64,000 bases of DNA from Haliotis rubra (GCF_003918875.1 NW_025767002.1:1116001-1180000); one strand, 5' to 3'; shown: positions 50,173 through 63,891, counted from the first letter of the stretch. Numbers and translations are program-made. The notes: a model not told the origin generated them from the letters alone.

Positions 50173-51158
50173 AATCTTGAGATAATCTCGATAAATGAAG
50201 AGCGTGATTCAGTGCTGCTGTAGCTGGCTGAGACAATGTCAGACAATGGCGTGACGTCACAATATCACCTAATGATGTCATAGCGACCGTCGAATCGGTA
50301 GATTTCGCTGTCATCCGTTCGACGGAAATACCTTTGGAAGATGTCGGCCTTTTTCGTCTCGAGTGTGTTCTGATTGGTACACATCAGCCGAAAGATACCA
50401 AAGTCATTTGATGTTTGTTTTTCCTTTGGGCTAATGTTGATGGTTTTTACGTATTTTGTTATGTAATTCGTTTCCCTGGTTTGTACGATTCTTTTTCCTA
50501 TTCTGACATATAAGAGGCGACTGACCGGACTGGGTGGTCAGGCTCACTGACTTGGTGGACACATGTCATCGTATGTCAATTGTCTGGTCCAGATTCTATT
50601 ATTTACAGACCGCCGTCATATAGATGGAATACTGCAGATTGCAGCGTAAAACAAACAAACAAATCGTTCTGATGGTTATAGTTGTTCTTAAAACTGTATT
50701 ATAAAGACGTAATTAAGTGGACAATCTAGGGGAAGTAATCCCGTTAGCCTTGACCGATAATGATGACATGCTGATGAGACTTACTTCCCCTGAGCAGAAA
50801 CAAAGATGGTGTCGAACAGGGGAATCTCATCTTTATTCGGTTCGTGGCTAATTCGTGAAGTGTGATACCACTCATGTCTAATATATAAATGTAGATCTTC
50901 TTGCTATGTTTTCCCCTGGTCATTACTGTCCCATGATACCAGATCGAGTGGTCAGACGCTGTGCCTTGCGTGTGTGTTATTGTTCATAGCATCTGACTCA
51001 ACATCAGCCGTCATATATCTAGAATATTGCTGAGAGCGGCGTAAGACAACGAAGTCACAACCATATCTACCAAATACAGTTGTAAACAAATAACAAAGAC
51101 ATTGCTTTTAAACTTTAACAAATTGTGTATTGATTATAAAACTAAATACTAAATGACA

Positions 51159-52352
51159 TTAACATTTGTTTCTTCTAAACAGTTTGGTAAATCGACGAAG
51201 GAAAGATCGTGACTTTTTTACATTTTGTTTCTGATTACAATTTTCGATCAAACTAGTTCTGCTGGATGACATATGCTTCTTTGATGAGAGGCCATTTTGA
51301 GAGAGTTCCTGATGTCTTGTTGACTTATTGTCTTGTTTAGGAGACACAATGTGGTCAAAGCACGAGGTCTGTGTAGCCCCTGACCTCTGAACAAGTCCAA
51401 CACCCTCTCCATCTCCAGAATGTACACACAGTCTTTCAGCTCTCAACATGTCCACCTCCTTCAACAAGCGGTCCACCTGCTCCCTGAGGGAGACTTTCTC
51501 ATCCGAGAGTTGTCTGGCTTGTCTTTGAAGATGTTGATTCTCCACTTTCAGACATTTTGAACGGAATCGAGCATCTTGGAGGTCAGCCCTGATAATGTCC
51601 ACCTTGGTCAGGGCAGCCGTCAGATGCAATTGGAGGTCAAGCTCCTTCACTTCTTGTTTGATCTCTTCACTACAGTCCCAATGGAATGGAGGCTGGAGAC
51701 GAACAGGTCTTGGTTTTATCGTCACGTGTTTGGGAACCATGTCGTGGAACTCTGAAAAAGTCGAATCCAGTATATACTCGATTCAATGGCACGTCTTAAC
51801 ATCAGTACATATACATCTACTGTGTTAAATGAATGAACTAGTGGACTGTTAACAATAAATAATTAATTGTTTACTTGAAGTTGCAAGAATGTAAGAGCTG
51901 AACGTATTTAACAACACGCGCACGCACGCACACACACACACACGCACACCTGTCGGTTCTGTACGTGCGAAACACTCCGCCACCTCGGAATCAAACCCCT
52001 CACACTCGGACGCGGTCAGACGTCTGGTGACTGGTTTTGGTTTTATTAAGACTTGTTTGGGAACCGCAACATTAAACCCTGAAATACCAATATCTGTATT
52101 TAGAGTAGAGACACAATTCAATTGAAAAGTGTTAATAATGTATCGCATTTACATCTACGTCATCAGCGTGGTAACAAAAGTAGTTTCCTCTGAAATCCTA
52201 TTCTTATGAAACAGAGGAGGTTGTGGAGATGAAATCTATTATCACAAATAACGGCACACTCGCCTGTCGGTTCTGTACGTGCAAAGCACTCCGCCACCTC
52301 GGGATCAAACCCCCTCACACTCGGACATTGTCAGACGTCTGGCGACTGGCAT
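51159..52352 (-). pseudogene. Orphan gene copy 4; exons 52352-52264, 52078-51950, 51751-51159; +1 frameshift in exon 1
   Basis: C5 instead of C4 at ~52310-52314 makes exon 1 89 nt; exons 2 and 3 are intact. Possibly a sequencing error. Confidence 0.55.
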
Positions 52353-53443
52353 AATCTTGAGATAATCTCGATAAATGAAGAGCGTGATTCAGTGCTGCTG
52401 TAGCTGGCTGAGACAATGTCAGACAATGGCGTGACGTCACAATATCACCTAATGATGTCATAGCGACCGTCGAATCGGTAGATTTCGCTGTCATCCGTTC
52501 GACGGAAATACATGTACCTTCGGAAGAAGTCGGCCTTTTTCGTCTCGAGTGTGTTCTGACACATCAGCCACATACCAAGATCAGATGTTCCTTTGGTCTA
52601 ATGTTGATGATACCAAGGGGCTAGATCATGTTGATGTTTGACATTTTTACAAACACAATATGCTGCACAGGAAAGGAACAAGGGAAATGTTGATGGTTTC
52701 ATAACGTATTTTGTTATGTAATTGGGTTTCCAGTGACTTGTGATGTTTGTACGATTCTTTTCCTATTCTGACATATAAGAGGCGACTGACCGGACTGGGT
52801 GGTCAGGCTCACTGACTTAATTTACGATTAGTGGACACATGTCATCGTATGTCAATTGTCTGGTCCAGATATCTATTATTGAAACTTACAGACCGCCGTC
52901 ATATAGATGGAATACTGCTTGATTGCACAGCGTAAAACAAACAAGTCAAATCGTTCTGATGGTTATAGTTGTTCTTAAAACTGTATTATAAAGACGTAAT
53001 TAAGTGGACAATCTAGGGGAAGTAATCCCGTTAGCCTTGACCGATAATGATGACATGCTGATGAGACTTACTTCCCCTGAGCAGAAACAAAGATGGTGTC
53101 GAACAGGGAATCTCGTCTTTATTCGGTTCGTGGCTAATTCGTGAAGTGTGATACCACTCATGTCTAATATATAAATGTAGATCTTCTTGCTATGTTTTCC
53201 CCTGGTCATTACTGTCCCATGATACCAGATCGAGTGGTCAGACTCTGTGCCTTGCTTGTGTGTTATTGTCATAACATCTGACTCAACATCAGCCGTCATA
53301 TATCTAGAATATTGCTGAGAGCGGCGTAAGACAACGAAGTCACAACCATATCTACCAAACACAGTTGTAAACAAATAACAAAGACATTGCTTTTGAACTT
53401 TAACAAATTGTGTATTGATTATAAAACTAAATACTAAATGACA

Positions 53444-54633
53444 TTAACATTTGTTTCTTCTAAACAGTTTGGTAAATCGACGAAGGAAAGATCGTGACTT
53501 TTTTACATTTTGTTTCTGATTACAATTTTCGATCAAACTGGTTCTGCTGGATGACATATGCTTCTTTGATGAGAGACCATTTTGAGAGAGTTCCTGATGT
53601 CTTGTTGACTTATTGTCTTGTTTAGGAGACACAAGTGTGGTCAAAGCACGAGGTCTGTGTAGCCCCTGACCTCTGAACAAGTCCAACACCCTCTCCATCT
53701 CCAGAATGTACACACAGTCTTTCAGCTCTCAACATGTCCACCTCCTTCAACAAGCGGTCCACCTGCTCCCTGAGGGAGACTTTCTCATCCGAGAGTTGTC
53801 TGGCTTGTCTTTGAAGATGTTGATTCTCCACTTTCAGACATTTTGAACGGAATCGAGTATCTTGGAGGTCAGCCCTGATAATGTCCACCTTGGTCAGGGC
53901 AGCCGTCAGATGCAATTGGAGGTCAAGCTCCTTCACTTCTTGTTTGATCTCTTCACTACAGTCCCAATGGAATGGAGGCTGGAGACGAACAGGTCTTGGT
54001 TTTATCGTCACGTGTTTGGGAACCATGTCGTGGAACTCTGAAAAAGTCGAATCCAGTATATACTCGATTCAATGGCACGTCTTAACATCAGTACATATAC
54101 ATCTACTGTGTTAAATGAATGAACTAGTGGACTGTTAACAATAAATAATTAATTGTTTACTTGAAGTTGCAAGAATGTAAGAGCTGAACGTATTTAACAA
54201 CACGCGCACGCACGCACACACACACGCACACCTGTCGGTTCTGTACGTGCGAAACACTCCGCCACCTCGGAATCAAACCCCTCACACTCGGACGCGGTCA
54301 GACGTCTGGTGACTGGTTTTGGTTTTATTAAGACGTGTTTGGGAACCGCATCATGAATCTCTGAAATACCAATATCAGGATTTAGAATAGAGACACAATT
54401 CAATTGAAAAGTGTTAATAATGTATCGCATTTACATCTACGTCATCAGCGTGGTAACAAAAGTAGTTTCCTCTGAAATCCTATTCTTATGAAACAGAGGA
54501 GGTTGTGGAGATGAAAACTATTATCACAAATAACGGCACACTCGCCTGTCGGTTCTGTACGTGCAAAGCACTCCGCCACCTCGGGATCAAACCCCTCACA
54601 CTCGGACATTGTCAGACGTCTGGCGACTGGCAT
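53444..54633 (-). pseudogene. Orphan gene copy 5; exons 54633-54546, 54360-54232, 54037-53444; +1 frameshift at ~53635
   Basis: acaagtgtgg versus acaatgtgg in the other copies. Confidence 0.6.
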
Positions 54634-55615
54634 AATCTTGAGATAATCTCGATAAATGAAGAGCGTGATTCAGTGCTGCTGTAGCTGGCTGAGACAATGT
54701 CAGACAATGGCGTGACGTCACAATATCACCTAATGATGTCATAGCGACCGTCGAATCGGTAGATTTCGCTGTCATCCGTTCGACGGAAATACCTTTGGAA
54801 GATGTCGGCCTTTTTCGTCTCGAGTGTGTTCTGATTGGTACACATCAGCCGAAAGATACCAAAATCATTTGATGTTCTTTTTCCTTTGGGCGAATGTTGA
54901 TGGTTTTATGTATTTTGTTATGTAATTCGTTTCCCTGGTTTGTACGATTCTTTTTCCTATTCTGACATATAAGAGGCGACTGACCGGACTGGGTGGTCAG
55001 GCTCACTGACTTGGTGGACACATGTCATCGTATGTCAATTGTCTGGTCCAGACTCTATTATTTACAGACCGCCGTCATATAGATGGAATACTGCAGATTG
55101 CGGCGTAAAACAAACAAACAAATCGTTCTGATGGTTATAGTTGTTCTTAAAACTGTATTATATAGAAGTAATTAAGTGGACAATCTAGGGGAAGTAATCC
55201 CGTTAGCCTTGACCGATAATGATGACATGCTGATGAGACTTACTTCCCCTGAGCAGAAACAAAGATGGTGTCGAACAGGGAATCTCGTCTTTATTCGGTT
55301 CGTGGCTAATTCGTGAAGTGTGATACCACTCATGTCTAATATATAAATGTAGATCTTCTTGCTATGTTTTCCCTGGTCATTACTGTCCCATGATACCAGA
55401 TCGAGTGGTCAGACTCTGTGCCTTGCTTGTGTGTTATTGTTCATAGCATCTGACTCAACATCAGCCGTCATATATCTAGAATATTGCTGAGAGCGGCGTA
55501 AGACAACGAAGTCACAACCATATCTACCAAACACAGTTGTAAACAAATAACAAAGACATTGCTTTTGAACTTTAACAAATTGTGTATTGATTATAAAACT
55601 AAATACTAAATGACA

Positions 55616-56783
55616 TTAACATTTGTTTCTTCTAAACAGTTTGGTAAATCGACGAAGGAAAGATCGTGACTTTTTTACATTTTGTTTCTGATTACAATTT
55701 TCGATCAAACTAGTTGTGCTGGATGACATGTGTTTCCCAGAAGACAGATCATTTTGAGAGAGTTCCTGATGTCTTGTTGACTTATTGTCTTGTTTAGGAG
55801 ACACAATGTGGTCAAAGCACGAGGTCTGTGTAGCCCCTGACCTCTGAACAAGTCCAACACCCTCTCCATCTCCTGAATGTACACACAGTCTTTCAGCTCT
55901 CAACATGTCCACCTCCTTCAACAAGCGGTCCACCTGCTCCCTGAGGGACACTTTCTCATCTGAGAGTTGTCTGGCTTGTCTTTGAAGATGTTGATTCTCC
56001 ACTTTCAGACATTTGGAACGGAATCGAGCATCTCGTAGGTCAGCCCGGATAATGTCCACCTTGGTCAGGGCAGCCGTCAGATGCAATTGGAGCTCAAGCT
56101 CATTGACTTGTTGTTTGATCTCTTCACTACAGTCCCAATGGAATGGAGGCTGGAGACGAACAGGTCTTGGTTTTATCGTCACGTGTTTGGGAACCATGTC
56201 GTGGAACTCTGAAAAAGTCGAATCCAGTATATACTCGATTCAATGGCACGTCTTAACATCAGTCCATATACATCTACTCTGTTAAATGAATGAAATAGTG
56301 GACTGTTAACAATAAATAATAAATTGTTTACTTGAGGTTTCAAGAATGTAAGAGCTCAACGTATTTAACAACACGCGCACACGCACGCACACACACACAC
56401 ACCTGTCGGTTCTGTACGTGCGAAACACTCCGCCACCTCGGAATCAAACCCCTCACACTCGGACATGGTCAGACGCCTGGTGACTGGTTTTGGTTTTATT
56501 AAGACGTGTTTGGGAACCGCATCATGAAACCCTGAAATACCAATATCTGGATTTAGAATAGTGACACAATTCAATCGAAAAGTGTTAATAATATATCACA
56601 TTTACATCTGCGTGAACAGCGTGGTAACAAAAGTAGTTTAAAAAAAGAGAGGTTGTGGAGATGAAAACTATTATCACAAATAACGTCACACTCGCCTGTC
56701 GGTTCTGTAAGTGCAAAGCACTCCGCCACCTCGGGATCAAACCCCTCACACTCGGACATGGTCAGGCACCTGGCGACTGGCAT
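55616..56783 (-). CDS. Orphan gene copy 6, intact; exons 56783-56696, 56531-56403, 56208-55616; GC-AG intron 1
   Basis: 88+129+593 nt with an open spliced frame. Confidence 0.72.
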
Positions 56784-58456
56784 AATCTTGAGATAATCTC
56801 GATAAATGAAGAGCGTGATTCAGTGCTACTGTAGCAGGCTGAGATAATGTCAGACAATGGCGTGACGTCACAATATGAACTAATGATGTCATAGCGACCG
56901 TCGAATCGGTAGATTTCGCTGTCATCCGTTCGACGGAAATACATGTACCTTCGGAAGAAGTCGGCCTTTTTCGTCTCGAGTGTGTTCTGATTGCTACACA
57001 TCAGCCGAAACATACCAAGATCATTTGATGTTCATTTTTCTTTGGTCTAATGTTGATGTTTTTTATGTATTTTGTTATGTAATTCGTTTCCGGAAGGGGC
57101 TAGATGAATTGTGAGCCATGTGATACTGTCATCACTTGTGTGACATTTCAGAATTGCAAACACAATATGCTGCACAGGAAAGGAACAAGGAAATCGATTT
57201 TTCCGACATATGAGCACAAAGAAATAAGTAAGGATTCATTTCAACGGGTGGAGTGAGTGAGTGAGATGGGTTTTCGATGACCAGTGACGACATTGTGATG
57301 ACGTCGCGGTTTCTACATTGTATAAAAATCGTTACAACATTCCTATTTCTGCACACAGTGTAACCAAATTGTGTTTCATTGAACCAAGTTGATTCCATTT
57401 CATATTTCAGCAAATTAAAACGTATAAGAAGGGTCAGTATATGTTATACGCCTCATTCTGTCTCTTATCTCAGTTTGGAAGGAGAATCATCAGGTTTTCA
57501 TTTTACATTGTATTTCTTCATAATTTACGATTAGCGTTGGCCGCCCATAATTGTAATGCAGTTCAAAGCGGCATACGATAGTACCTATCTGTTGGTAAAG
57601 ATATTTTAGACTGTTGAAACTATGAAACTTTTATGGTGCATCAGAGTCTGTCTAATATGTTTACCCAGAATTGAAAGATCCTATTTTGCAAACGTCCTTG
57701 CACCTTGACTACAGTCGCCCCGCTACTTAAACGCAAACGAAGTCAAGACCACTTTTAGTCACAGCCTTTCCTGAGTTTGTACGATTCTCTTTCCTATTCT
57801 GACATATAAGAGGCGACTGACCGGACTGGGTGGTCAGGCTCACTGACTTGGTGGACACATGTCATCGTATGTCAATTGTCTGGTCCAGACTCTATTATTT
57901 ACAGACCGCCGTCATATAGATGGAATACTGCAGATTGCGGCGTAAAACAAACAAACAAATCGTTCTGATGGTTATAGTTGTTCTTAAAACTGTATTATAT
58001 AGAAGTAATTAAGTGGACAATCTAGGGGAAGTAATCCCGTTAGCCTTGACCGATAATGATGACATGCTGATGAGACTTACTTCCCCTGAGCAGAAACAAA
58101 GATGGTGTCGAACAGGGAATCTCGTCTTTATTCGGTTCGTGGCTAATTCGTGAAGTGTGATACCACTCATGTCTAATATATAAATGTAGATCTTCTTGCT
58201 ATGTTTCCCCTGGTCATTATTGTCCCATGATACCAGATCGAGTGGTCAGACTCTGTGCCTTGCGTGTGTGTTATTGTTCATAGCATCTGACTCAACATCA
58301 GCCGTCATATATCTAGAATATTGCTGAGAGCGGCGTAAGACAACGAAGTCACAACCATATCTACCAAACACAATTGTAAACAAATAACAAAGACATTGCT
58401 TTTGAACTTTAACAAATTAATTGTGTATTGATCATAAAACGAAATACTAAATGACA

Positions 58457-59798
58457 TTAACATTTGTTTCTTCTAAACAGTTTGGTAAATCGACGAAGGA
58501 AAGATCTTGACTTTTTTACATTTTGTTTCTGATTACAATTTTCGATCAAACTAGTTGTGCTGGATGACATGTGTTTCCCAGAAGACAGATCATTTTGAGA
58601 GAGTTCCTGATGTCTTGTTGACTTATTGTCTTGTTTAGGCGACACAATGTGGTCAAAGCACGAGGTCTGTGTAGCCCCTGACCTCTGAACAAGTCCAACA
58701 CCCTCTCCAGCTCCAGAATGTACACACAATCTTTCAGCTCTCAACATGTCCACCTCCTTCAACAAGCGGTCCACCTGCTCCCTGAGGGACACTTTCTCAT
58801 CCGACAGTTGTCTGGCTTGTCTCTGAAGATGTTGGTTCTTCAGTTTCAGACATTTGGAACGGAGTCGAGCATCTTGGAGGTCAGCCCGGATAATGTCCAC
58901 CTTGGTCAGGGCAGCCGTCAAATGCAATTGGAGGTCAAGCTCCTTCACTTCTTGTTTGATCTCTTCACTACAGTCCCAATGGAATGGAGGCTGGAGACGA
59001 ACAGGTCTTGGTTTTATCGTCACGTGTTTGGGAACCATGTCGTGGAACTCTGAAAACACATAAGTCGAATCTAGTATGTACTCAGTTCAATGTCAAGTCA
59101 GGCACATATATATACATGTATATGCTGTGTTTAATGGTGGGACTATTAACATTTAATCAAGAATATTATTTGTTTACTTGAAGTTCCAAGAATGTGAGTT
59201 TCTTTAAGTGGCATTTAGGAGCTGGTATAATTAAAAGGAAAACTTTGCCTGATAACGGTGCAATAAAGAAGCTGTCTATCCAACAAAAACAAGTGTTCCT
59301 CTTCTATGTGAGAGTTGAACGGAATAACAAAACACACACCTTCCAGTTCTCTGTGTGCGAAACACTCGGCCACCTCGGAATCAAACCCCTCACACTCAGA
59401 CATGGTCAGACGTCTGGCGACTGGTTTTGGCTTTATTGTGACGTGTTTGGGAACCGCATCATGAAACCCTGAAATAATGATAACAGGATTTAGACTAAAA
59501 TAATCAAGTCAATTGACAGGTGTTAATAATATATCGCGTTTACATCTACGTGAACAACATGGTACCAAAGGTAGCTTCTTCTCAAACCCTTTTCAGCTGA
59601 AACAGAGGAGTGAGTGATTGAGTTTAGTTTCACGCCGCACTCAGAAATATTCCAGCCATATGGCGGCGGTGAAACACAGGAGGTTGTGGAGTTAAAACTA
59701 GTATTATTACCTGTCGGTCCTGTACGTGCAAAACACTCCGCCACCTCGGAAGCAAACCCCTCACACTCGGACATGGTCAGACGTCCAGCGACTGCCAT
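58457..59798 (-). CDS. Orphan gene copy 7, intact; exons 59798-59711, 59468-59340, 59049-58457
   Basis: 88+129+593 nt with GT-AG introns; introns are diverged from copy 1 but exon lengths and phases are conserved. Confidence 0.75.
59611..59670 (-). mobile_element. 5'-truncated family C tail in intron 1 of copy 7
   Basis: Flanked by gaaacagaggag / gaaacacaggag. Confidence 0.75.
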
Positions 59799-60319
59799 AA
59801 TCTTTAGATATCTCGATAAATGAAGAGCGTGATTCAGTGCTGCTGTAGCTGGCTGAGACAATGTCCGACAATGGCGTGACGTCACAATATCACCTAATGA
59901 CGTCATAGCAATGCTTTGTCGGTAGATTTCGCTGTCCGTGCATCGGAAACGCCTTGGAAGAAGTCGGCATGTTTTGTTTCAAGTGTGTTCTGATTTCTCC
60001 ACATAGCTGAATAGAAACATACCCTGAACATTTGATTTCTTTGTCCTTTTGGGCTCGTATTAATATTTTTGTGTGTGTTTTCGAATGTAACTCGTTTCTG
60101 GAAAGGGTCAGTTGAATTGTGAGCCATGTGATACTGTCATGTTGTGGCATTTCAGAATTGCAAACATAATATGCTACACAGGAAATGATTAAAATGGCAC
60201 AAATAAATAGAATCCATTGGCACAGGTAGATTGAGTGAGTAAGTGAGTAATGAGCGGCTGAGTGAGTTACTGAATGAGGAAAGAAGTGAGTGAGATGTTT
60301 CAACCCTCACGGTGCCTGG

Positions 60320-60665
60320 GATCGCCTCCGTGGTGTAGTGGTTAGAGTGTCCGCCCGGAGAGCGGAAGGTCGCGGGTTCGATCCCCGACCGCGTCATACC
60401 AAAAGACGTTAAAATATGGTACTTGTTGGTCCCTGCCTGGCGCTCGTCATTAATGGGTACAACAAGGACTGGTCGGCTCGGAGTCAGTATAATGTGTCTG
60501 AGTGGGGTATTCATGCTTCACTGCGGCATGGTATTTCAGTGGGCTAGCACTATAAAACCAGCTTCAGTCTGGGCTAGTACAAGCAGCATCACCTACACAT
60601 ACACACGCATGCACGTCGTCATATGAGCGAAATATTCTCCAGCGCGACGTTGAACCCAATTTCAC
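60320..60665 (+). mobile_element. SINE family B (segmental duplicate of 46475-46820)
   Basis: Same TSD and flanks. Confidence 0.92.
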
Positions 60666-61712
60666 CTCACGGTGCCTGGTCGTCAGCTGGCTTTGTGTGC
60701 CGCTCAGTCATGACACTGTGATGACGTCGCCTTTCAAACACTTAAACATTGTATGAAAATAGTGGTACAACGCTCTTATTTCTGCGCATAGTGTAACCAA
60801 GTTGGGTGTCATTCAACTGAGTTGATTGCCTTCTTCCTTATTTCAGCAAATCAAGAACCTATATGCATCACCTAGCTATCGGTGAAAGTATATGTTATAT
60901 TTCGCTTACTCAGTCTTTTGTCTCAATTTGAAGAGAGATAAATATGGAAGGGGTTTTCTTTTTACTTACCAATCGTTTTTCTTTATAATTTACAATTAGA
61001 CCGTCCATAATTGCAATGCTGTTCAAAGCGGTGCTAACCTCTCAGCGCTCAAACTGTTGAAACTATTACCACAAAGCCAGTTTGTTATTTTCACCTCTTT
61101 TACACAACTCTCATCCTCGATAATCTCCAGGGTATACGTTACGATCACTCGGCTCGGGTGACACTGCCACAAAGAGACGCACATCAGACTGTATTACCCT
61201 CGAGAGAAGCATACAACTTATAGTGACATTGTACTCGATTATTGATATATATATGTGATGTCTTGAGGACTGTACGCCAGAATCTTGAGAACGACCGCAA
61301 GAGCAAAGTTAACAGCACTACAAACTGCATAATATTTTCCCACGTTTGCTTCTATCAATAAACTAGTTATTCGTAGCATTCCTAAAGGTGTCAATTTATC
61401 CAAATAATCAGTTAAATTGAGGTGTGGACATGTTTATGTGGTTCCTGTGGTTAATAGTAACAGAATATGACAAATATGGGGTGTTGCGATACTTTTTCCA
61501 TGGGTATATTTGGTTCAGGTGAACAATTCTCAATTTGCCTATGTTAACGCCACGGGTTGGCAGGATACGCTCATTTTTCCCATCATCACTATTTTTTATT
61601 AGTGAATCGCAAACATGTTTCTGGTGGAGTTGACATCATACAGTTGATTCCGCTTTTAGCAGGGAATTGTCACTATTTCATGTGATGGCGTGAGATATAA
61701 AAACTGGATTTT

Positions 61713-62180
61713 CATGACCCAGACTCGGATTTACAAGGGTCGTGATGTAGATGAAATGTTCTTGATTGAAGACAGTATATGTCTGAAACATGGACCCAGC
61801 CTTGGATTTACAAGGGTCGTGATGTAGATGAAATGTTCTTGATTGAAGACAGTATATGTCTGAAACATGGACCCAGCCTTGGATTTACAAGGGTCGTGAT
61901 GTAGATGAAATGTTCTTGACTGAAGACAGTATATGTCTGAAACATGGACCCAGCCTTGGATTTACAAGGGTCGTGATGTAGATGAAATGTTCTTGATTGA
62001 AGACAGTATATGTCTGAAACATGGACCCAGCCTTGGATTTACAAGGGTCGTGATGTAGATGAAATGTTCTTGATTGAAGACAGTGTATGTCTGAAACATG
62101 GACCCAGCCTCGGATTTACAAGGGTCGTGATGTAGATGAAATGCTCTTGATTGAAGGCAGAATGATATGCCTGTAACATG
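61713..62180 (+). repeat. 77-bp minisatellite (duplicate of 47868-48320)
   Basis: Same unit and similar copy number. Confidence 0.95.
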
Positions 62181-62518
62181 GATTGCAGCATGTGGCTTTG
62201 TTGAAGGTGAGATTTTGTTGAGGGGCCTACTTAAAAAATCGTCAACAGTTGGAATTTGACGACTACAAAGATAATCTTTGGGTCTGTATAAGTACAGGAG
62301 CTTGGCTTAATGGTTGTTTTTTCGGGTTTTTGTTTAATAAAACAACAATACTTGCCTGGTATATCAAGTTTCACGAAGACCATTGTCATAAAATGGTCAG
62401 AAATTGTTTATAATAGTATTATAACGTTGAGTCTCATTACAAACTATACCTGGAGCACATTTGATCAATTTGACTCTCTAAAACTGTGTTGTCAGCATTA
62501 TTGGGGCAAGTGATGTGA

Positions 62519-62751
62519 GTTTAGTTTTGCGCCGCACTCAGCAATATTCCAGCTATATGGCGGCGGTCTGTAAATAATCAAGTACGGACCAGACAATCCA
62601 GTGATCAACAGCATGAGCATCGATCTGCGCAATTGGGAACCGATGACATGTGTCAACCAAGCCAGCGAGCCTGACCACCCGATCCCGTTAGTCGCCTCTT
62701 ACGACAAGCATGGGTTACTGAAGGTTCATTCTAACCCGGACCTTCACGGGT
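62519..62751 (-). mobile_element. SINE-like family C, full length
   Basis: TSD gcaagtgatgtga (62506-62518 and 62753-62765). Confidence 0.92.
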
Positions 62752-62932
62752 TGCAAGTGATGTGAAGTTTCACCTATACTGGTCCACTGGTCTGTGAGAA
62801 GGTGATGTTCAGTCCACATTTGCTCGCTGGCCTTTGCACAAAAAAAGTCTTTGGAAGATCATGAATAAATGGACATTCGGGTGGATGAAAATGTTCCCAT
62901 ACAGTCATTCATGAGAAACGTGTCCAGGTAGA

Positions 62933-63108
62933 GTGAGTGAGTGAGTGAATGAATATGGTTTTACGCCGCTTTTAGCAATAGTCCAGCAATATCACGGCGG
63001 GGAACACCAGAAATGGTCTTCACACTTTGTACCCATGTTGGGAATCGAACCCGGGTCTTCGGCGTGACGAGCGAACGCTTTAACCACTAGGCTACCCCAC
63101 CGCCCCTT
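62933..63108 (-). mobile_element. SINE family A, full length
   Basis: TSD gtgtccaggtaga. Confidence 0.92.
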
Positions 63109-63669
63109 GTGTCCAGGTAGAAAAAACGAGGATGGAGTAGTTTCATTGATTGTGCGATCCACTCCTTCAACAAATTTGTCATGCAACAGTTCACAATTTT
63201 GTAACTGTAAATATTTCACCATATTGCCAGTAATAGGACATTGTGAAAAATGGTTTGCTCTTGTGGAACCAATGGGTTTATGTTCATATGTAATTCAAAA
63301 ATGCCTGGCAAGCACTCCTCATTTTATTATATTGGAGACTTCAGATTCTCGTGATGTCAATCACTGGTCCAGACTTGATTATTTAAAATTGGAGTCATAT
63401 AACTGGAATATTGATAACCATAGCAGCTCCCAAACTGTGGAATGCCCTACCACTGGAAATCAGAAATTGTGAAACAAAAAACTCTTTTCTAACTCATCTG
63501 AAGACATATTTTTTTTTCGCTCACTTCAACAAGCGCCGTTGAGCAGTCATGTCCAATCTGGAATCCAGGCTATACAAATCAATTATCATTCATTCATTCA
63601 TTCATTCATAGCAAAACACAATTCACTATCTTATTCAGAGAAGTTAAAAAAAACACAAAGCCTTTAGTT

Positions 63670-63891
63670 TCAGTTAAATCTTTTCATCTTTTTATCTTTC
63701 AATTCCCTATAGAGCTGTACAGCTTTCTCCCTCTCATGATCCATAATGTGTTGCTGTGCCATAGAGAGGTTTTTCCTCTTGACAGTCTGCCCCAACTCAC
63801 GCCGTCCCCCCTGGCCACCGGGGGGGGTCTGTTGACTGTAGCTGGAGTTGCTTGTGAAGACCTCTTTCAGCAACAGGGACTTCTTTCCTGG
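63670..63891 (-). CDS. Probable terminal coding exon of an unidentified gene entering from the right (PGKKSLLLKEVF...EREKAVQLYRELKDKKMKRFN*)
   Basis: gtttcccattccag acceptor, 73 open codons plus stop, protein-like composition with a basic helical end. Confidence 0.5.
   Translation of the reverse strand, partial: PGKKSLLLKEVFTSNSSYSQQTPPGGQGGRRELGQTVKRKNLSMAQQHIMDHEREKAVQLYRELKDKKMKRFN

Larger units (their letters stand above)
39967..62549 (-). repeat. Tandem gene array with nested segmental duplication (39967-48690 ~ 55303-62549) and three ~2.2-kb units between
   Basis: Shared gene copies, SINE B insertion, 77-bp array and SINE C tail occur at equivalent positions. Confidence 0.92.

Noticed and set aside
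39967-62549. Array units as an LTR or DNA transposon family
   Set aside because: No LTRs, TIRs, unit TSDs or TE enzyme motifs; units carry spliceosomal introns and have variable breakpoints. A gene captured by a Helitron-like element is not fully excluded.
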